Source: Bacilli bacterium (GTDB lineage: Bacteria; Bacillota_I; Bacilli_A; RFN20; CAG-826). From it: a DNA stretch of 64,000 nt. Shown here piece after piece: positions 8,618 to 19,206 of this stretch (position 1 is the stretch's first letter; each line of letters opens with the position of its first letter). A program made the translations under genes and the position numbers. Location: NCBI GenBank assembly GCA_024408335.1, contig JAKSVB010000008.1, positions 12,967-76,966 of the forward strand, given 5' to 3'. The notes beneath the pieces were generated by a model. That model saw only the letters and a program-made list of their open reading frames with translations. It searched no databases and was not told the origin of the DNA.

Positions 8618-9946
8618 TTACCTCAAAGGCCAAGAATTTGAGAGAACCTGATGGCAGTAAATGCATTCTTCTTGCCAAATGCCGAACCTTCTCCGTATGT
8701 GGTTTTCATCGGCCACATAACCGCACATGCAGTAATTTCTGTGCACCGTGTTGCTGCCAATTGGGTACGCCGTATACGAATGCCTATGACTGCCGAGTGT
8801 GCAACTGCATACATTTTGCCCATTGACCGAAAATTGATCGTTGTGAACGTGCGGCATGTCGTGGAAATCAAGATAGCAGAAATCGTCTATCTCATAGAAC
8901 ATGTCCATGAGGTTCGAGTATGAACCGGATCTGTATCCAGTGTGGCCATATAGGTCTTCGGTGATCTCCTCATAATCATAAGCGACCGTAATATGTCCTG
9001 ACAAGCCATTAGTATTGTCCACCGTACCAAAAATGTAATTGCCTTGATCATCCTTAGGCCTCAGTCTTCCACCAATGATTAGAGGCTTCCCTTTGTCAAT
9101 GAGAGTAAGCATATCATACAACATGTTTGCTTTTTTGGACTCTTCGGTGGAACCTTCATAATCATCTACATCTTTTGTATATACGCTTACTTTGTCCGAA
9201 ATGTTAAGCCGAGAAAAGAGAACACACAAAATATCTTTGACCTGATGCAAATTTGATGCCGGATCAGCGCGTTCTTGTCTATCCCAAATCCCTTCGTCGA
9301 CGGCTAGTTTGTATAGGTAAGCGATAAAAGAGCTATCTAGTTGCCCCATCTTATCGTTGTAATATGAGTCATAGAGTCTTCTGAATTCATCACTCCCCAC
9401 GCCATAACTATTTGCCCTATCGTAGGGGAAACTAATATCCTGGTCCACGGCACAAGGGGAGTTGAATTGACTGGAAGGAGAGTCCAGGAAAGTCTTGCTA
9501 GATTGAAGGTATTGGGAAGGCAAAACGGAAAGATTCCAGTAATAAGCGTAATAGCTGAGCATCATCGATATGGCTACATAGCCACAGTTTCCCACGTTGT
9601 TTTTCGGAAGATTGCTAGAAAGCCCTCTAAAATAATCTTTGCAGAAAAGCGGAGAATCTGAAAAAGCCGCCGTTCTGTTCGGAAGCGGAACGTTGATTAT
9701 CGGAGGCAAACCCGCGAAATCGGGTTGATCGACACGATCAGATTCGCATACATGTTCCTCAAATTCGATAAGTCCATAATCGGCAGCAGTTTCATCTCCT
9801 TCGGCGGCTCCGCATAGGTAATTCGCTGTGTTGTCATCTGTCTGGTTTTTGCCAGCGTTTGCAAACCAAGATGTGCAGACGCAAGAAAAACTGGCAGACG
9901 CGATCGCAGACCATGCGATTATCGACTTTAACAATTTAAATTCCAT
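8618..9946 (-). CDS. Secreted papain-fold (C39/C10-like) cysteine peptidase with C-terminal Cys/His-rich domain
   Basis: GNCGYVAISMMLSYY (catalytic Cys), KGKPLIIG, GHITVAYDY (His); C-terminal CSC..H.H..CMC..H..CIYC. Confidence 0.65.
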   Translation of the reverse strand: MEFKLLKSIIAWSAIASASFSCVCTSWFANAGKNQTDDNTANYLCGAAEGDETAADYGLIEFEEHVCESDRVDQPDFAGLPPIINVPLPNRTAAFSDSPLFCKDYFRGLSSNLPKNNVGNCGYVAISMMLSYYAYYWNLSVLPSQYLQSSKTFLDSPSSQFNSPCAVDQDISFPYDRANSYGVGSDEFRRLYDSYYNDKMGQLDSSFIAYLYKLAVDEGIWDRQERADPASNLHQVKDILCVLFSRLNISDKVSVYTKDVDDYEGSTEESKKANMLYDMLTLIDKGKPLIIGGRLRPKDDQGNYIFGTVDNTNGLSGHITVAYDYEEITEDLYGHTGYRSGSYSNLMDMFYEIDDFCYLDFHDMPHVHNDQFSVNGQNVCSCTLGSHRHSYTAYPIGSNTVHRNYCMCGYVADENHIRRRFGIWQEECIYCHQVLSNSWPLR

Positions 9947-10041
9947 ATATTTGCCCCATTTATTCCCTTTATACTACACAATCTATTTTGCTAAATCAAG
10001 CAATTATACGATGCGCGTAGACGCTAGATCCGCCACTACTT

Positions 10042-10411
10042 CGTTCTTGGGGGTTTAATGATTTCTTCCTGTTCTAATGCCGAAAACAATCGAGACAAAG
10101 AAATCGTTGATAGCTTGGAATTTGGCATCAAAAAAGAACACGAGAAAGGCGAGCTAATCGTCGGGCTTGACACTGGCACCAGCAAAGATATCGCCAGCAA
10201 AAAGACATCAGAAGCAGAGTACTTCAAAGGCACAAAGCTGAGGATCGAGGCATATAGTTGTTTGACTGGTACCCAGGTATACGACGATCTAATGTATCTT
10301 ATTACTCTGGAAGATAAGAGCGACGCTTATTTGATCGAAAGCGCGAAAACCCTTTCTAATTACAAAGGGGTCACGTTAGTTTCTTTTAACTATATTGCGT
10401 ACCCTGTCTAA
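10042..10411 (+). pseudogene. Lipoprotein B copy 2, 5'-truncated (no start/SD, most of signal peptide lost)
   Basis: Homology to copy 1 begins inside the signal peptide; in-frame TAG at 10025. Confidence 0.7.
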
Positions 10412-10429
10412 AAAATAGCAAGCACAATG

Positions 10430-10461
10430 AAAATTGCTCGACACTACTATCGAGCAATTTT
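10430..10461. terminator. 32-nt hairpin, boundary site 3
   Basis: AAAATTGCTCGA-CACTACTA-TCGAGCAATTTT. Confidence 0.75.
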
Positions 10462-10462
10462 T

Positions 10463-10729
10463 TTATACGTTTTCGTAATGCGACCAAGCACTGACGATTT
10501 TTACTATCTTCTCTTCTTCGTAGACTTGGTAAACGAGGCGGTGCTTCAAATTGATTCTTCTTGAATAAAGACCTTCCATATCACCGATCAATTTTTCATA
10601 AGACGGAGGATTTTGGAACGGGTTTTCTTTTAGAAGTTCAATTGATGCTTTGGCCTTTTTGGCAAGGCCGGCCGAGGAAAGATTCGGAAAATCTTTTATT
10701 GCCTGCTTTGAAACAACGATCTTGTACAT
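10463..10729 (-). CDS. yoeB: Txe/YoeB family toxin
   Basis: NPFQNPPSYEKLIGD...YSRRINLKHRLVYQV...WSHY. Confidence 0.92.
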   Translation of the reverse strand: MYKIVVSKQAIKDFPNLSSAGLAKKAKASIELLKENPFQNPPSYEKLIGDMEGLYSRRINLKHRLVYQVYEEEKIVKIVSAWSHYENV

Positions 10730-10978
10730 TTACCACTTTACCTCTTCAAGGCTTACGCAATCGTCTAGTTTTTCTTCCTTTCCCGCTATGATTTTGTTAC
10801 GCAACGTGGCATTAGAACTAAGCTCAATAGTTGCGATCATGCCGTTATATTCTTCTTCGGAGATGATAAATACATTACCATCCTTAGTGTTTACGTTGAT
10901 GGTTTCGTTATACTTGATTGTGTTGCCAAGCATACCAAATAGATTCTTACGAAGCTTAGTTGCATTTGTGTTAACCAT
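10730..10978 (-). CDS. yefM: Phd/YefM family antitoxin
   Basis: NATKLRKNLFG...TKDGNVFIISEEEYN; directly upstream of the toxin. Confidence 0.9.
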   Translation of the reverse strand: MVNTNATKLRKNLFGMLGNTIKYNETINVNTKDGNVFIISEEEYNGMIATIELSSNATLRNKIIAGKEEKLDDCVSLEEVKW

Positions 10979-11002
10979 AGTTTTTTCCTCTTGTTTTGTA
11001 TA

Positions 11003-11035
11003 TGTACATTATAGCGTACACAAATCTTTTTTCAA
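11003..11035 (-). promoter_or_regulatory. TA promoter with YefM-type operator
   Basis: Minus-strand TTGAAA-16-TATAAT overlapped by TGTACA (11003-11008) and CGTACA (11015-11020), 12 bp apart as in yefM-yoeB operators. Confidence 0.75.
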
Positions 11036-11126
11036 TATATCCCATCTTTCTCTTTTAAAATGTCGCCAAAAAGAAAAGCATAGCGATAGTTCGCCATGCT
11101 TCTAAGCATCATATTACTTTGATTTC

Positions 11127-11446
11127 TTATTTTATTTCTTCTTCCACTTCTTCTGGAGCAAAGATGCTTAATGCCTCTTCTTCGGAAAGCGCCTCTTTTG
11201 CCTCGCCTACGATGATCATGACCTCATCATCAGGTTTGACTTCGATAGCGCCATGAGTAAGAGCGAAATAAATTTGTCCTTCGCTGGTTCTTGTTTTTAG
11301 GACGCTGCGCTCGAGAATCTCACCAACAAAGGTCGTATGCCCAGGGAAGATTCCGATCGGGCCGCCTTTGCAACGGACGAATAGCTCAGAAACGTCACCT
11401 TTAAAGGCCGTTCCGTTAGGCGTGAGGATTTGGAGATGGAGCCCCA

Positions 11447-11447
<1 letters not shown>
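11127..11447 (-). CDS. atpC: ATP synthase epsilon subunit (short)
   Basis: LQILTPNG...GIFPGH; last gene of the atp operon. Confidence 0.88.
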
Positions 11448-13736
<2,289 letters not shown>

Positions 13737-13737
<1 letters not shown>

Positions 13738-15242
13738 TAGCGTCTACTTTCCTTGAATTCTTTGATGGCTTTTGAGAGGCGGTCCATTAAATCGCCTTCG
13801 AAGATTTTCTTCGTTTCGAGTTCATCAACGATCTCTTTGTGTGAGTCTTTGATGTATTCGTACATATCGTTGAGGAATGGGTTAACCTCAGGTAATTGAA
13901 GATCATCGAGGAAACGCTTATTAACAGCGAAGAGCTCAATGATTTCTCTTGTCATGTTCATTGGGGCCCAGTTTGTTTGTTTGAGGGCTTCGGTAACGAC
14001 CGCACCATGAGTGAGGATACGTTTCGTTTCTGCGTCAAGGTCACTGCCAAACTGCGAGAAGCTAAGGTTCTCACGGTAGTTGGCAAGTTCGATCTTTAAG
14101 CCTGATGCGACTTGCTTCATGGCTTTGACTTGAGCGCTGCTACCGACACGGCTGACTGAAAGGCCTGAATCGACTGCAGGACGTTGGCCGCTTGCGAAGA
14201 AGTCAGCGACTAAGAAGATCTGACCATCGGTGATGGAGATGATGTTTGTTGGAATATAGGCTGAGATGTCGCCTGCTTGGGTCTCGACGATTGGAAGAGC
14301 GGTGATTGAGCCTCCTCCGAAAGCTGGAGCAAGACGGCATGCCCTTTCGAGAAGTCTTGAGTGGAGATAGAAGATGTCGCCAGGGTATGCTTCACGTCCT
14401 GGGGCACGTCTAAGAAGAAGTGAAAGGGCACGATATGCGACAGCGTGCTTGGAAAGGTCATCAAAGATGATGAGGACATCTTCTCCGTTTTCCATCCATT
14501 CCTCTGCCATAGCCATGCCAGCGAATGGAGCGATGTATTGTTGTGGAGCGCTTTGGGAAGCACTTGCGTTGACGACTGTGACGTAATCCATGCAGCCTCT
14601 AGCTTTGAGCTTGGCTACGATGTTAGCGACAGTTGAATTCTTTTGACCGATAGCGACATAGACGCACTTAACGTTTTTGCCTTTTTGATTGATGATCGTG
14701 TCAATGGCGATGGAGGTTTTGCCAGTTTGACGGTCACCGATGATAAGCTCACGTTGTCCGCGTCCGATTGGGATCATTGAGTCAATTGCTTTGATACCTG
14801 TTTCGAGAGTGACGTTGACTGATTTTCTAGTCATGACGCCTGGAGCGATTCTTTCGATTGGGCGGGTATTCTTGTATTCGATTGGTCCAAGTTCATCAAG
14901 CTGGGTGCCTAAAGGAGAGACGACTCTTCCTAAAAGGCCATCGCCAACTGGAACTTCGACGACTTTGTGGGTACGTTTGACGGTGTCGCCTTCTTTGATT
15001 TCGAGGTCGCTTCCAAGAAGGACAGCGCCGACGTCATCAAGGTTGAGGTTCATGACCATGCCATATACATCATGAGGGAAAAGGAGAAGCTCGCCAACCA
15101 TGGCGCCTTTAAGTCCGAAGATGGTTGCAATGCCATCACCTACGGCGATAACGGTACCGACATCACTGTTTTCGATCTCGTTTTCGTATCCTTTGATTTG
15201 CTCTTTGATGAGAGCGCTTATTTCGTTTGGATTCAATTTCAT
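13737..15242 (-). CDS. atpA: ATP synthase alpha subunit
   Basis: [17 protein letters not shown]. Confidence 0.99.
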
Positions 15243-15257
15243 AAAATTCCTCCCTCA

Positions 15258-15791
15258 TTATTTGAGAAGGGCCGAACGAAGTCGTTCAACCTTTCCTAGG
15301 ACGGTGCCATCAAACACTTTATCGTCCACATAAACCTTTACGCCGCCAATAAGGTTATGGTCGACGTGGTTGGTTAACGAAAGCGCGGAACCGATACGTT
15401 TTCCCATCGATTCCTCGATTTTCTTAATTTCTTCTTTTGTTAGTGGCGAAGCACTATATACGAGTCCTTCTTTGATTCCTAAGCGATCATTGCAAAGCTT
15501 ATTGAAGCTTGAGGCAATGATATCGAAATGTATGACTTCATGCTTGATGATGAGAAGTCTGAAGAAGGCTGGTACTTCTTTGTTCTTTAGCGTAGCGAAT
15601 GCTTTGTCAGCTAAGCTAAGTTGCGATTCATTTGGCAAAGAATAGGATGAGAGAGTAGCTAAAAGATCTGGATTAGCCTCCAGTAAAGCAAGAGCCTCTT
15701 TCATATCCTTTTGGAATGATTCGACTTTGCCTAAGTCCACTGCTAGCTTGAATAAGCCAGCTGCGTATGAATTAGCTTCTGCTCCTAACAT
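15258..15791 (-). CDS. atpH: ATP synthase delta subunit
   Basis: YAAGLF, LIGGVKVYVDDKVFDGT. Confidence 0.95.
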   Translation of the reverse strand: MLGAEANSYAAGLFKLAVDLGKVESFQKDMKEALALLEANPDLLATLSSYSLPNESQLSLADKAFATLKNKEVPAFFRLLIIKHEVIHFDIIASSFNKLCNDRLGIKEGLVYSASPLTKEEIKKIEESMGKRIGSALSLTNHVDHNLIGGVKVYVDDKVFDGTVLGKVERLRSALLK

Positions 15792-15802
15792 TCTTTGCTC
15801 CT

Positions 15803-16351
15803 TTAAGCGTCAACTTCCTCAATGAAATCATTAAGGAGTTTTTCGTTATCCTCGCGACTGATTTCCCTTCCAAGAACTTGTTTTGATGCCTCAAGAGCGA
15901 CATTGACGATTTCGTCATGGATGGCGCGTCTTGATTTTTCTTCGGCTTGTGCGATCGCTTCATCAGCGGCAAGTTGACGGGCTTTTGCAGCTTCGTCTGC
16001 CTCTTTGATGATGTTTTGCGCGCTTACTTCTGCATCTGCTTTGGCTTTTGAGATGATCTCACTAGCTTCTGCTCTTGCGTCTTTTACCATATCTTCGGTA
16101 AGGGCAAGTTTGCTTTCGTAAGTGGCTTTTGCCTCTTCGCTGTCTTTGATGTTTTTCTCAACGTAGTCTTTTCTTGCGTCGAGGTATTTCTTTACTGGCT
16201 TATAAGCGACGAAATAAAGGAATACGAAAAGAACGATCAAGGCCAAGAGGTTGATGACTAAGCTCCAGAAATTAGGGAAGAGCTTGTCTAAGAAATCTTT
16301 GGCGGTGAAAGGAGGATTTGAATCGTAAACGGTAATTCTTAATCCTTCCAT
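15803..16351 (-). CDS. atpF: ATP synthase Fo subunit b
   Basis: Single TM followed by a coiled coil; operon position. Confidence 0.93.
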   Translation of the reverse strand: MEGLRITVYDSNPPFTAKDFLDKLFPNFWSLVINLLALIVLFVFLYFVAYKPVKKYLDARKDYVEKNIKDSEEAKATYESKLALTEDMVKDARAEASEIISKAKADAEVSAQNIIKEADEAAKARQLAADEAIAQAEEKSRRAIHDEIVNVALEASKQVLGREISREDNEKLLNDFIEEVDA

Positions 16352-16357
16352 AAACTA

Positions 16358-16603
16358 TTAAGCTGCGAGAGCTGGCATACCCATCAAGAAGATGATGAGA
16401 ATAGCAACGACGAGTGAGTAAATAGCGGTTGATTCGCAAAGAGCGACAGCGACGATCATATTTGAACGAAGTTGACCGACCATTTCTGGGTTGCGGGCCA
16501 TACCGTCGATAGCGTGGCTACAGACTAAGCCTTCACCGATGGAACAGAGACTGCCTAAACCGACAGCGATGCCTGCTCCGAGAGCACATAATCCAGCGTC
16601 CAT
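16358..16603 (-). CDS. atpE: ATP synthase Fo subunit c, Na+-type motif
   Basis: ARNPE loop; SIGEG and ESTAIY. Confidence 0.95.
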   Translation of the reverse strand: MDAGLCALGAGIAVGLGSLCSIGEGLVCSHAIDGMARNPEMVGQLRSNMIVAVALCESTAIYSLVVAILIIFLMGMPALAA

Positions 16604-16631
16604 AAAAAACCTCCTAATGTAAGCTGATTTT

Positions 16632-17528
16632 CTATTCTTTTACCATCGCTTGCTCGACTCCTGCTTCTTTCTTTTCTGAAGCGCCGCTTGGCATCTCTTG
16701 AGAGATCCAGATTGCGGAGAGCGAAGCGAAAACCAAGGTTTGGATAAACCCGGAGAATAGCGAGAAATAAATCTGGAGAATGCCGACAGGGATTGGAGAA
16801 AGGAAGATGCTTGTCCAAGTCCAAGGTTGGTTCCAGAAGACTGACCATGCAGCGCTCGTTTGGATGGTTCCAGCGATGCCCATGGATACGAAGATGTTAC
16901 TGCTGAGGTTACCTAATACCCATTGGATAAGGCCAATGAGGATAGTTCCTGAAAGGGCGTTACCGAACATACGCATGGTAGTTGAGATTAATGGCGCCCA
17001 GAAAGTAACAAGGTTGATTGGCAAGAAGATGAAGATCGGCTCGGTGAAACGTTTGAAGTAGCCGAATTTACTATATTTGATGCCTTTGACTTGGATGATT
17101 GTGAACATGATGATGGCAAGGCAAAGAGGGCAAGCAAGCCAGTCAACAAGTGAAGGGAAGGCAAAGAGGGAGATGGTGAAGGCTAAGAAGAGATAGGCAA
17201 GAAGAGTCCAGAAATAACCACCCCAGGTGATTCTTTCTTCGCCCATGTTGCTGACTGCGAAATTATTACAGGTGTTGTAATAGATCTCCGCTAAAAACAT
17301 GATGCCTTTTGGTTTCTTAAGATATGTTTTCTTCTTTAAGCCGATTCTTGCTTTGACACCGATTATGATGCCAAGGATTGCAAGGATGACCATGACGATG
17401 AGAGATGTTAAAAGTGGGGCGTCGATTGATTCCCAACCATCCCAATGGAACATCGTAGCCATCTTCTCTTCGAAAGATGAAGCCGATGCGCTTGTTAATG
17501 TTCTTTCGTAGACATTAAGGACACTCAT
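16632..17528 (-). CDS. atpB: ATP synthase Fo subunit a
   Basis: MRMFGN, GFIQTLVF. Confidence 0.95.
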   Translation of the reverse strand: MSVLNVYERTLTSASASSFEEKMATMFHWDGWESIDAPLLTSLIVMVILAILGIIIGVKARIGLKKKTYLKKPKGIMFLAEIYYNTCNNFAVSNMGEERITWGGYFWTLLAYLFLAFTISLFAFPSLVDWLACPLCLAIIMFTIIQVKGIKYSKFGYFKRFTEPIFIFLPINLVTFWAPLISTTMRMFGNALSGTILIGLIQWVLGNLSSNIFVSMGIAGTIQTSAAWSVFWNQPWTWTSIFLSPIPVGILQIYFSLFSGFIQTLVFASLSAIWISQEMPSGASEKKEAGVEQAMVKE

Positions 17529-17965
17529 AATTTAGCCTTAAGCCCTTTCTTTGTTTTAAGCGAACGAACAAGAACAATTATCTGAGCTGGGAGAAGTCCA
17601 GCGAATGTAGCGAAGAAATTGAAAGCGGCCCAGCCACCGAACCATTCTGGTTTGAAGGTGCAAATGCCTGCTAAGACCAAAGCGATGACGTAGACTGCAA
17701 AACGGATAGCGACGAAAAGGATAATCTTTTTAGCGTCTCTTTCTTGACCTTCTTTTGGAAGAAGGGCTTGCCCCATTTTCATGATTGTCCAGAAACCGAT
17801 GATCTCAGCGACCGTTCCAAGAAGCCAACCTAAAGGATATGAATAGCCTTTGCTATGGTAGAAGAAAAAGAGAGGACAAAGACCGACGAAAACCACTGCT
17901 CCTATTGCTAGAAGCCACACTAATGTTTTTTGTTCGTCGTTTAGTTTTAAGTACTTATCAATCAT
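17525..17965 (-). CDS. atpI: ATP synthase protein I-like 4-TM protein
   Basis: 4 TM segments, first in the operon, AAGGA SD before ATG 17965. Confidence 0.7.
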   Translation of the reverse strand: MIDKYLKLNDEQKTLVWLLAIGAVVFVGLCPLFFFYHSKGYSYPLGWLLGTVAEIIGFWTIMKMGQALLPKEGQERDAKKIILFVAIRFAVYVIALVLAGICTFKPEWFGGWAAFNFFATFAGLLPAQIIVLVRSLKTKKGLKAKL

Positions 17966-18007
17966 GGTTGGTCCTTTAATCTTCGATATTATACTTTTCT
18001 TTATATA

Positions 18008-18032
18008 AAAGAAAAAGGGCATAACGCCCTAA
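18008..18032 (-). terminator. Intrinsic terminator after the addAB-containing operon
   Basis: Minus strand AGGGC-GTTAT-GCCCT followed by a T-rich run. Confidence 0.6.
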
Positions 18033-18051
18033 GAGACTAAATTTTACGTAA

Positions 18052-19197
18052 CTAGTCTTTCTTTTCTAACGCTTTGTTATCGTTTCCAGTGATTTGATTG
18101 AGCCTATTTTTCTGGAGGTTATAGCAAGAAAGGAGCTCTCCATAATAGAGGTTCTTCATGCTGTTGTACTTGACTTGGGCCTCTTCTGGGATCGAAGAGA
18201 AATAGACAAGTTTGAAGGCTTTCTCTAGGCGGAAGAAGGATTCGTAGAGATTAAGGATCGTGACAAGGTAGAAGTAAGTCTTTCTTGAATAGATCAAAAG
18301 AGGCGATGAGTGAGCGATCTCGCTAGACATCTCATACACTTTTGCGTAGTTTCTAAGCCCTGCGCAACGTTCAACGCCATCGCGGAAATTGAATTTGAAA
18401 TCAGGGACTTCTCCGTTTTTGACTTCAGGGATTGCAGCAAGCCATCCATATTCGATGAATCTCTTCATATCCTTTGACTTGAGGTCATTGGCTTTCATTC
18501 CTTCCTTGATTTCAAGGAAGACAGCATCTGTTTCTTCTTTTGAAGGGATGCCACCGCGGAATGCGAGAGCGTATTTCATGTGCTGGATATAAGCCTCAAC
18601 GACAGGCTTGCCGTTTTTCATGAGGACTTGAAGGATGCATTCGTTTTCGTGGAGGGTTCTCCAGGTTGAGAAGGCTTCTGTTTCATATCCGTTTTCAAGG
18701 AGGTTAAGAATGCACTGGGCCATCGAGAAACCTTTTTTCATGACGTCGATGAAGAGGGTTTGATTTGGGTTTCCTGATGAATAGCGGCTAAGCATTCCGA
18801 GGATGAAATTGAGATAAAGGGAAAGAGTTGAGATGGTTGGATCGAAACGGTTTGCGAAGTTTTGGTTCTTAAACGCAAAATGTTCATTTGTGTAATATTT
18901 GTCTAGCGCCAAAGAAAGAAGAAGCTGCTCATATCCTTCGTCTTTTATGAGTGATTCTTGTGAGCTTTCTGGGTGGCTAACCAAATAGAAATGATGTTCG
19001 TTAACAAGGTATAAAGCTAAGGTGAGAGGGTTAAGATTCATCTTCTCGATGACTGGTGCCTCTTCCTTAATATATTCGGTGGAATCGAGAGCATCGCAAA
19101 AACATTCATAGAGGAAATCTCTACTTAACTCTGGGCTTGCCTTTATGGCGTCTAAGAGCTGGTTGAACTGTTCTTTTGAAATGCTGTACTCTGTCAT
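18052..19197 (-). CDS. DUF5677-like (HEPN-like) protein
   Basis: WRTLHE and YEMSSEIAH motifs in a helical protein. Confidence 0.6.
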   Translation of the reverse strand: MTEYSISKEQFNQLLDAIKASPELSRDFLYECFCDALDSTEYIKEEAPVIEKMNLNPLTLALYLVNEHHFYLVSHPESSQESLIKDEGYEQLLLSLALDKYYTNEHFAFKNQNFANRFDPTISTLSLYLNFILGMLSRYSSGNPNQTLFIDVMKKGFSMAQCILNLLENGYETEAFSTWRTLHENECILQVLMKNGKPVVEAYIQHMKYALAFRGGIPSKEETDAVFLEIKEGMKANDLKSKDMKRFIEYGWLAAIPEVKNGEVPDFKFNFRDGVERCAGLRNYAKVYEMSSEIAHSSPLLIYSRKTYFYLVTILNLYESFFRLEKAFKLVYFSSIPEEAQVKYNSMKNLYYGELLSCYNLQKNRLNQITGNDNKALEKKD

Positions 19198-19206
19198 ATT
19201 TATATA

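Noticed and set aside
5605-10461. Classical integron or IS-bounded composite element
   Set aside because: No integrase/transposase, no attC RYYYAAC/GTTRRRY ends, no terminal inverted repeats with target duplications
11077-11103. Fourth member of the 32-nt boundary hairpin family
   Set aside because: Different length and ends (AAAAGCATAGCGA...); better explained as the atp operon terminator
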